Source: Piromyces finnis finn
Lineage: Eukaryota > Fungi > Neocallimastigomycota
Direction: 5' to 3'
NCBI GenBank assembly: GCA_002104945.1
Contig: MCFH01000026.1
Coordinates: 670,685-734,684 of the forward strand
DNA: 64,000 bases
Below the pieces are notes generated by a model, which saw only the letters and a list, made by a program, of their open reading frames with translations, was not told where the DNA came from and made no database searches. Numbering within the stretch: position 1 is the first letter of the stretch; each line of letters opens with the position of its first letter. This document shows, piece by piece, positions 51,603 to 64,000 of this stretch. The position numbers and the translations under genes are program-made.

Positions 51603-52066
51603 TGTAAAATAAATAAGAATATAATTAGTTATTAATAATAAAAATATAATAAAATATAAATATATAAATATAAATATAAAATATAATATAAAATATTATA
51701 AATAAAAATAATAAATAAAAGAAATTATTTACATAACATAAAATTATGTTTTAATTTTATGTTTTTACTATTTAAATTAATAAAATAAATTTATGCTATC
51801 ACTTAAATTTATTTTATATTGTGAATTTTTTTACGCCTCAATTGCTTTTAGTCACGGTATCACATGACTATTTCAATTTATTTTATATAATTATTAATAA
51901 AATATTTTTATTAATAATTAACGTTTTATATAATATTTTATATCAAATTATTCCATAATAATTTATTCCAAAAACTTTATAATCAATTATACTAAATATT
52001 AATTTATTATTTAATAATTAATAATTAATTATAAAATAATCTAAAGATATATAAAATATCTTTACA
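51603..52066 (+). repeat. Internally deleted family A-type LTR at the 5' end of the Rep remnant
   Basis: TGTAAAAT...atatctttaCA; near-TSD TTTTG/ATTTG. Confidence 0.65.
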
Positions 52067-52362
52067 ATTTGATATATTTTATCTTCAATAAAATGAATTA
52101 TTTATTTCTTAAAACAATTAATAAAGTGTAGATATAAATAATATATAAAATGGTTAGTTATAATGCAAAAAAGTAAAAAATCATTTTATTTTATTTTCAT
52201 TTTATTGATCATTAAAAAATTATATGATAATAAATATAAAGTATTATTATTACTATTATTATTATTAATGATATTTATTAATCTATAGTAATATAAAAAT
52301 AAATAATTAAAAATATATTTATATTCTTGGTTCTACCATAATTTTACAAGATAATAAAAAAA

Positions 52363-52980
52363 ATGGAATCCTTAGAAAATTATTACAAAACTGTTATTGA
52401 TAAAGTTGCTACTAAAGCTATAGAAGCCTTCAATAATAGTTACAATTTAAATATCCATAAGGAAAATGTAACTAAAAATTTAGTGGATGAAAATCCACCA
52501 TCAATAAACAAAATGAAGAAATTATCCATTAATGATTCATGTATGGTGGTTAAAAGAAATAAATTTGCTTGTAAAAATAAATGCATTCCAGGTCATGTTT
52601 ATTGTGGTACTCATTTACGTTCTGATGGTAATTTGTCATTATTGGGACACATAAAAATGGTCACTAATAAATACAAGTATGGAATTGTTGCTAATACCGT
52701 TTCATTAGGAAATGAATAAACAGTTCAAAATAAATCACAGAGTCAAAATGATCATAAAGTCAATATCAAATGGCTATTAGAAGTTAAAAATAACTCAATT
52801 TTCATTAATACATTCATTTTATTTTTCATTGAATTTTCAAGTTACTTTGGAGCTGGAGTTCTCATTGTTTATTATATTTCTCCAGATAAAAAAGACGATT
52901 AGTATATGGCAACTCATTATGTTGAAGTTAATAAATATGGTGAAGAAGATCAGTCTAATATGTATGCAAAGTATCATTAA
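52363..52980 (+). pseudogene. Intronless ORF with a C-x10-C-x9-YC-x2-H motif; frame continues past two stops
   Basis: CMVVKRNKFACKNKCIPGHVYCGTHL; the same frame stays protein-like after TAA (52717-52719) and an internal TAG until 52980. Confidence 0.5.
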
Positions 52981-53548
52981 AATCTATTGATTCTCTCAAG
53001 GGTAAATCGATATGTAATAAGGTAATATCTTTCCTTTCTGAATATGGTATTCCATATATAAAAATTTAAAATATATATTAAAACATTTTAATTTAATTTG
53101 TGTAACAAAATATAAACATATTATATAATATTTATATATTTATCTAAACTTTAAGATATTTATTTCTTTAGTTTTATTATGTTATTGAACTTTTTTCATT
53201 ATATGTTTAACTGAGTTGTTTCTATACTATTTATACTCTTAAATTATTATTTATCTTATTATTATATATGTCTTATGACTTTTATCGTATAATATACAAA
53301 TTATTATAAATATTATAGAAATATATTAATAAGAATTGATTAATAAAGTTATAGAATCTTATATAAATATTATTTAAACTTATTATCTATTCTAATAATT
53401 ACTATATAATAAAAAAAACTTTTTATAGCCATATCCCAATTCAATTTTTTTCCTTCTTTGTACGAAATATTTAGTATCTTTGTCATATCAATATGACATC
53501 GATATTATAATAAAAGGTTTACTACATAAAAATAATTGATATAAAAAT

Positions 53549-54497
53549 AATATGTGACTTGAACATATTATTACATTAGTAATTTTTCCTAATATTAAAT
53601 TTATATAATTTTATTATAATATTAATTATTTCTACAATGTACAAGAATGTAATGTAAATGCATGACAAATGTAATATCATGTAATGTAAAAGAATAATGT
53701 AAATGAATGATCCATATAGTTTCAGCCTTATAATTGGACAATTAGTTATAAAGTAAGCCTCATTAGTATAAATAGACTAGAATAAATATTGTTTAAAAAG
53801 GGGCTTCTTGTTTTAGTTAGAGTTTTTAATATTTGTCAACGACAAAACGTTTTAGTATTTAGACAGAATAGAAGTATTGGAACGTAAGAAATAAAATTAT
53901 TAATAAAATATATATTATTAAAGTTAAATTCTTTCTACATAAAATTAACCCGTATCATAATCCGTATCATTTCATTTTCTCGTGCATATCATATTAATAC
54001 TGGTTAATTTTATGTAGAAAGAATTTAACTTTAATAATATATGTTTTATTAATAATTTTATTTATTACGTTCTAATATTTCTATTCTATCTAAATACTAA
54101 AATGTTAATTCTGTTGTTCTTAACTATTAAACCTTTTCTAAACACAAGAAGCCTCCTTAATAATAATTATTCCCTAGTCCATTTATTCTAATAAGGCTTA
54201 CTTAATAACTAATTGACCAATTATAAGGCGAGAATTATATGGATTATACATTTACATTATTCTTTTACATTACATATTCTTATATATTCATACATTTACA
54301 TTACATTCTTATACATTATAGAAATAATTAATATTATAAAACTATATAAATTTATTATTAGGAAAAATTTACTAATATGTTCAAGTTATAGTCACATATT
54401 GTGAATACATTATAGAAATAATTAATATTATAAAACTATATAAATTTATTATTAGGAAAAATTTACTAATAATATGTTCAAGTCATAGTCACATATT
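53549..54497. repeat. Foldback element: ~400-bp imperfect inverted repeat with 50-bp spacer, plus a ~94-bp tandem duplication at the right end
   Basis: 53549-53950 is the reverse complement of 54002-54400; 54311-54404 is repeated at 54405-54501. Confidence 0.85.
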
Positions 54498-55536
54498 GTG
54501 AATAGTAATTATTAAATAATTAATGATAATGCTTATAATGCTAAATAGAGTGTTAATCTTCTTCATATTCCTATACTGTCCAATGTTATTGTAATATATG
54601 TTCCTTTATATGTATCATAAAGATTAAAGTGTCAAATGTGCTTGTTTGATATAAATATCACAAGGTTTAGTTGGATTTTAACAATTTTTGTAGGCAACAT
54701 ATAAAGATGTTACCTCTTCTATATACTAAATACAATAATTGTATTTATTTTTGTTTTTATATATGAATATTATGAAACCTATAATTGTGAAATAACAATA
54801 ACAAAAATAACAACAACAACAAAAAAGAATATTAATGGCTAATAAAAAATTTAAGCTAATTTATATTAATAAATGAATCATCATATTAGTATTCTAATGT
54901 AGCAAGAAATGAATTATGTTGTAGTGGAACTAAAAAAGAAATGATAATATATTTGCTTGGATTATTTTATATCATATAAAAATGTTATGTATTTATTTAG
55001 GTTTTTGAATGGATTAAAAGAAAATTTCAATTGTGATAAATTCATTATTAATAAAAGAGGATGTTTAATTAGATAAAGAAAAATATATTTAAATCAATTA
55101 ATGGAGGACATAAATAAAAGTTCTGAAAATTTATAACCTCGGATAAAGTATTTTAATCAACTTTAAAAAATATTTAATTTCTATATAATTATTATTATTA
55201 ATCTTTTTTTTTTTTTTTTTTTTTTTAATATCTTTAATTGATTAAAAACTTTAATTATATGAATAATTTATAATAAATTCTTTGGCTATGAATAGTTTTA
55301 ATATTTTATAATTTAGAGAGTTTATAAATATTGGTGTTTCATTTTTTAAATTTTCTTAAAATATATTAAAAAAAAAAAAAAAAGAAAGAAAAAAAAAAAT
55401 AGTACCTTTGATATAAAATATTAATAATAAAAAAATAAAAATAAAAATATTTATATATAAATATGTTATTTTCATTGCTAATTCAGTTTTTTTTTTTTTT
55501 TTTATATAAAAAAAATATATTAGGAAAATTTAAAAA

Positions 55537-56298
55537 ATGAATTTTAAATTAATTTTAGCATTAGTTAGTATGAACATACTTTTATGTTCATCTGCTCCTC
55601 GTGGTAATATTAAAAAACAACATAATAGTAAAAATGAAAAGTATGAAATATCAAAAGAAGAAACAATATACGAAACAGTATTTGAAACCCTCACTGTTTC
55701 AGTTCCAGCTTCAGCAATTTTTATTGAAAATCAAACACCAGCTATTTATGAAGGAGATGAATTAGTTTATTTACCAGATGATGCTTTTGAAGGTGTAGAA
55801 TATATACTTGAAAAAAAATTGGGCGAATATTTAGAAAAAGAAATATTAGAGCCTGAAACTATCACGCCAACACCTGAAATACTTAATAATGAAAATAATG
55901 AATCTAAAGAAACAGCTACCCATGATTATGCTAAATTTAATACTTTAAATATAGAAATTGAAACCGAAGCTGTGGAGCAAGAAGAAGATAATACTGAAAA
56001 CGAAGAAACTTCAAATATAGGTGAAGAAGTAACAAGTACAGGAGGGGAGGAAGAAACAGGAGAAAATGATGAAGACACTGAAGAAAGTGATGAAGTGATA
56101 GAAGAAAGTGATGAAGTGACAGAAGAAAATGAAGAAACTGATGAAGAAACCGAAGAGAGCGATGAAACTGAAAACTTGGAACTTGAAAATGATGATGAAG
56201 AAAATTATGCTGAAGAAGTTAATGATGATAATGATGATAATGAAGAAGAAAAAGAAGATAGTGAAACCACTGAAGAAGAAGATACTGAAGAAAAATAA
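55537..56298 (+). CDS. Secreted acidic (Glu/Asp-rich) protein, 253 aa
   Basis: Signal-peptide-like MNFKLILALVSMNILLCSSAP; intact intronless ORF; low-complexity acidic C-terminal half. Confidence 0.75.
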   Translation: MNFKLILALVSMNILLCSSAPRGNIKKQHNSKNEKYEISKEETIYETVFETLTVSVPASAIFIENQTPAIYEGDELVYLPDDAFEGVEYILEKKLGEYLEKEILEPETITPTPEILNNENNESKETATHDYAKFNTLNIEIETEAVEQEEDNTENEETSNIGEEVTSTGGEEETGENDEDTEESDEVIEESDEVTEENEETDEETEESDETENLELENDDEENYAEEVNDDNDDNEEEKEDSETTEEEDTEEK

Positions 56299-58184
56299 AC
56301 TAAAATATTTTTTTGATTATTAATAAAAAAAAATATCTTATATTCAATTTTAATTGTAATATCAAAATTTGATATGTATTAATTAGATCATAATTAATAT
56401 AGCAATGTAATGAATGTATATATATATTAAGAATTAAATAAAAATAAAAAAATAAAAGGAATACATCATATTAAAGTATAACGTGTATAAAAAAATCAAT
56501 CATAACAAAGACAAAACTGGAGTCAAGTCTGAAACTATTTTAATACTTAAATACATACGGCTAATACAAGCAATTCCTAAATTTAAGTAGGATTATTGAA
56601 GCTAATAAACAATAAATACTACATACAATCCATATTTAGAAAAATATTGCTAATACTGTTCATTATTAGCTTTTGATGATGCGAAGTGTCTTATTAAACT
56701 CGTCAAGAAAGGATAAATGCTGGAGCGGGTGCCTGACACAAGGTTTTTTTTTGATAAAGTTCTTTACTTCAAATTTAATATTAGTTTGTAAAAGTTACTT
56801 TCCCAATAATATTTTGAGTTTACCTTTATATGAGTTTTATTTGTTAATTTACGTGTCTTTGTCCAAAAATAGGGTGACATTGTTAGAATATTATTAACTA
56901 TATGGACAATAATACAAGTGTTATTTTTTTCTTTTTTTTTTTTTTCATTTATTGAAACAATGTATTGGAGCAATGAATTGACTACAATGCTAATTTTACT
57001 ATTCATTTTCGAAATGTTTCAATTCTAAGGATTCATCAAATAGTATTCTAAGGTAAGTATATTGAACTATTCATTCAAATGTCTTTTTTTTTTTTTTTTT
57101 TTTTTAGACTAGGAAGAGAATACGCATGTATTTATTTATGATTTAACGTGATATTAGGTTATAGTACATATTGATACTTGATAGTTATGATACTAATATA
57201 AGAAATAATAAATAATAAAATATTTATAAAGATATAAATATAAATAAAATATAATTATTATTTATTAAAGTTAAATAAAAGTCTAATGAACTCTGCATGT
57301 TGTACTGTGTGGGATTGATCCCTATCTAATATATTAAATGAAAAAAGAAAACATCAGTTATGATAGTATCCACTAAAATACCTCATGAGTTAATAATGTT
57401 TTCATTTGAAGATATACTAACATTCTCTTTGTACAGAACATTAGGAATGTTCCTTTGCTATATGTCTGCATTCTTGATTACATTAGTTGTCTTACCCTAT
57501 CAAAGTGTAGCTTTATAGAACTACCTTATCAATTAGTAGTGCGTCATAATCCAAGATTCCATCAAGAAAGAACTAGAGGAATTAAATATTAATTATAAAA
57601 TTAACATCTATAAATAAATATAAATATTTTAATAATTTTTGTAAAATATACTTTTTATATTATATTTTTTAAATCCTTTTAAAATACCTAAAAAAAAAAA
57701 ATAAAAATAAAAATATAAATTAAACACTAAATATATTGTAAAAGAATAAGCTTTAGTTTTTTTTTTTTTATTATTATTTTTTATTATAATAATTTTTATT
57801 ATAGTTAATTTATACAAATTATAATTATTTAAATATTTTGTATATGTGCTTATTTTATTTGTTTATTTTTAATTAATAGATTATGTTTTTTTTTTAATTT
57901 TTTTTTTTTTTGCGTAAATTTTGATTATTTTTCTTTTATAATGTCATTTCTTTTTGATTATTAATAAAGTTTTATGTATAATGAAAAAGATATGATTGTA
58001 TTTCGTTTTTATTTTATTTGTTTTTTTTTAACTTTTCTTTTTTTTTTTTCTCTTGTTATAAATAGAATAAAATATATATTTTAATTTTTCTTCTCAATTT
58101 CGATTTTTTTTTCTTTTTATTCTAAAATTTTTCCAATATATATTTTTTTCTATTTCTTTTTAATTTCATGTTGTTTTTATTAAT

Positions 58185-60146
<1,962 letters not shown>

Positions 60147-62924
60147 TATGATTGTTAATAATTAATTATAAATTAATAAAAGTTTATAATAACAAAAAGA
60201 AAAGTTTTCACAATTATTTTGTTTAAAGAAAAAAAAAAAAAAAAAAAAAAAAGACAGAAATGATTATATATATTTTATATATAATATATTATAATATATA
60301 TAATATATATGATGAATTATTTTTTTATATAAAGTTTTTTTTAATTAAATATATTTTAATATAATTCATTATTTAACTTTTCAGTTTGATTCTACATACA
60401 CACCATCTTTTTTTTTTTTTAATTCCGTTTTTTATTTTATGTCATACTATTTATAATATATTTATTATATATTAATAATATATTATTTAATAATTTTTTT
60501 AGTATTATAAAGTGTATAATCCCTAAATAAATAAAATAAATTAACTTTTTAATATAAAGAATATAAAATATATTTTACCATATTTATATTTATATTTAAT
60601 AATTAATATTAAATTAAATCACATCACATGATTCATCCACGACACAGAAATTATAAAATGTAATAATATATAATGTACAATGTAATGAAATATAGTAATA
60701 AATAATAATATATCTGTTTAATACATAATAATGTAAAATGTAATGGAATGTAAATGTGATTGCTATTTTTTTAAAAAAAAAAGATCATCTTTTTAAAAAC
60801 CATCAAAAAGATGAATGTCAAATTTAACATAAAATTTATTATTCAACTTTTATATTCATAATAAAGTTATATATATATATATATAAAAAGATATTTAATG
60901 AAGATGATTTATTTTATTAGAATAAAGAGATCATCTTTATTCTAATAAAAAAAAAATTGAATGAGAGTTAACACAACTTTTTTTTTTATAATCCTTAAAA
61001 AATATTTATTTTCATTTGTTACTTTCTTTATATAAAATTATTTTTTAACATTTATTATGATCATTAAAAAAGAGTGGACTATTTCTTAGTATGTAACATT
61101 ATTGTTATAATAATAATAGTAATAGTAGTGGTTAATATTTCTACTGCTGTTGCTATTATTAATATTATTATTATTTGAATACTTCTTTTGCCTTCTCTTT
61201 TATTTTATCTTATTTTATTATTAAATTGATGAATATCTTTTATTTTTATATAAAATTTCTTATACATATAAAAAAAAAAAAAGAAAAAATAAACTTCTAT
61301 TTATACATAAGTAAATAAATAAAAAATGAAAGAGATAATGAATTCTAGGGATAATAAATAATAAAAAAAAGTTATCTTTTATTATAAATTTATCTTTTTT
61401 ATTATCCCAATAATAATAGGAAATGATAATTCTTTTGTTATATTTTATTAGTATAGAATATCAATTACATTATAATTATATTACATTATTAATTAATTAC
61501 ATTTTAACTACATTATTTCATTTTTTATTAAAAATATGAGATGAAACAAAACCCAATAAGATTTAATCTAAAAAAAAGATAATCTATAAAATTATTTTTG
61601 ATGAGATGAACTTTTACTTTTTTTTTTAATTATTAAAGCTTTTTTTTTAATAATAAAACATAAAAATAAACAATTTATTATGAAAAGAAGGAATGAAAAG
61701 GATCTTACTATGTACCTTTAATAATTAAAGAATTGTTTTTTTTTTACTTTATAACTATAAATTAGTATAAAATACATGACTATTTATGTGGCTATTTTAT
61801 AAAATAGTTTTAATGTAATAAAATTCTTTACCATAAAAATCAAATGTAATATTACGCTTATGGCGTATAATATTAACGTAATTATATTCAATAAAAAAAA
61901 TTTATTTAAAAAGTGGATGATTTATATTAAAAGATAGTTGAAATTTGATAAGGAATTTTTGATAAGTAAATTGATATTTGATATTAAAGTTTGAAATTTG
62001 ACATGTTATAATATATTACAATATATTATAATATATTGTAAATGAATTAATTTATCCTATCAAAATATTAAATTATAAAAATTTCAATGTAGTACAATAC
62101 AACAATTATGTACAAAAATGTACAATCTTATTATTAAATATGAATTACAGTTTTTATGGAAGAACAAATTAAAGGTAGAAAAGGGTAACTGTAACAATTT
62201 CCTCAAAAAAACAAAATATTATGATATATAAAAAAACTATTATAATAAAAGATACGAATCTGTGTTAATAAATAAAAATTATATAGATATATATAAAATA
62301 ACTGAACCACCACTAAAATATATTTAAAAAAAATTCATTATTATAAGTAAAAAAAAAAGTTTAATATTTTATGTAATAGTTGTTTATTTTATTTATTAAC
62401 ATAAAAAAGAAGAGTATTGTTATTATCAACTATATTAATTAATCTAATAAAGTATTTAAAAAAAAAAAAGCTTTAAAAATATTATAATTAATAAATAATC
62501 AAAAATAAAATAAAAATTATCTATTTTGATGTGTTAATTATAGGGTAAAACTAAGAAGAATATAATTATTAGAATTTACCTTTGAATGAATTTTTTTTTT
62601 TTTTTTAACAAAAAAGAAACATTAATTTTTACAATAAAACATTTAATATAAAAAAAATAAAATATAAATAATAAAAATATTTTTTTTATAAATCCTCTTT
62701 TTTAAAAAAATTATCAATCATGCTGGTTTTTAATTTTGAAAAAGATGTACATACTTACATTTTTACCTATATTTTTATATAATTGTATTTTACCTAATTA
62801 TATTTAATTATATTCTCAATGAAAAATTAAAAAAATAGACAAAATTAATCTATCTTTAAAATATACTTTAATTCAATTTGAATAATTTTCTAATTGAATA
62901 CAGTTTATATATAATTTTTTTTTA

Positions 62925-63149
62925 TTAATCCATTATAAATTGGATTTCATTAACATTATAAGTGTATTCACCAACAGTTTTAGTATTTTCGCTGATTGAG
63001 CTAGGATCAAAATACTTATTTACATTAATTTTAATATTTGTAGAAGTTCCGGGATATTTTGCAATTTTCCCGTCATCATCGGTTGATGATAATACATCCA
63101 AGGCAATTTCTTCATTGGAATGATTAACAAAAATTCACAAAATGTTTGG
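62925..63149 (-). other. Possible terminal exon or coding remnant of an unknown gene
   Basis: GC-richer island after a ttttAG; open frame FVNHSNEEIALDVLSSTDDDGKIAKYPG...QFIMD*. Confidence 0.3.
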
Positions 63150-63378
63150 CTAAAAATATTAAAATTATAATAATTTCATATTATATGAATAATATATATA
63201 TTATATTATATAATATAATATATATTTTTTTAATAAATTTTTAATTTAAAAGTAATAAATCATTTTTAATAAATAAAATGAATTTTTATTTTTTTATTTC
63301 TTATATATATAAATAAGAAAAATAAAAAAAAATTAATTTATTCATATTTTATTTAATGTGTATTATAAACAAATAACA

Positions 63379-63699
63379 ATGGCTGAATATATAAATAAGA
63401 CTAAGATATTTTAAGAAGAATTGAATAATGAATGCAATTCTGATAAATTACTAAAAATAGCTAGAAAGGGAATATTTTTGGATGAACCACTTTTTAATAA
63501 TGATAAATTAAAAAACTATAAAAATGTAATTGAAATTAGCATATTAAGTGGACAGTTTTATATGATTAATACAGAGGAACAATATGAATATTTATGTAAA
63601 GAGGTTTCAGAAATAAATCCTAAAGGAATGATACAAAAATATAATAAATATTTATTGCCAGAATATTTTGATAATAGTTTTCTTCAACAAGTTGTTTAA
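63379..63699 (+). pseudogene. Hypothetical ~106-codon ORF with one early in-frame TAA
   Basis: ATG at 63379 is in frame with ORF 63421-63699 across a TAA; family unknown. Confidence 0.35.
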
Positions 63700-64000
63700 T
63701 TTAATAGTAATTAATAAAATTTTTATAGATAAATATAAAAGTGATTTTCATAATATAAAGAAAACATTTTTGAATAGAGTATCACCACATTTAATTATGT
63801 TAAATTTATATAAGTATATATCGGCAAATGTATTAAATTTATTTTTTAATAGCAAATGGTTTAAAACAGCTTTATATAATTTTGAAATACAAGAGTACTT
63901 TTATTTCATTAATAAAAATTTAAATAATTATAATAATGAATTAATTTTAAAAGAAGATAAATTATATTATATAATTAATTATTCATGTATGGATATAAAA

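Noticed and set aside
57290-57590. GC-richer island 3' of the homocitrate synthase gene
   Set aside because: No clean ORF, snoRNA boxes or repeat partner could be identified by eye

Overview
Extremely AT-rich eukaryotic DNA with spliceosomal introns and a fungal homocitrate synthase, most consistent with an anaerobic gut fungus (Neocallimastigomycota; inferred, not proven). Bases 1-52,100 are a nested retroelement pile. It contains one intact chromodomain Ty3/gypsy element (26535-33290) inserted in an internally deleted gypsy element (23330-36014), a broken second chromovirus, a Ty1/copia element carrying a young SINE-like insert, an integrase-less gypsy-like family, and many solo LTRs with 5-bp target-site duplications (TSDs). 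Bases 49,200-53,000 hold a cluster of small intronless ORFs with a decayed CRESS-virus-type SF3 helicase (Rep C-terminal half). Host genes appear after 55 kb: an acidic secreted protein and a 4-exon homocitrate synthase. The most notable signals are: chromovirus LTRs that combine a tRNA-like Pol III module with a Tf1-type self-priming PBS; a ~200-nt covarying RNA structure shared by leaders of two unrelated gag genes; a virus-like ORF island; a same-site double LTR insertion; and a -1 frameshift pseudoknot. All calls were made by eye; no database searches were run.
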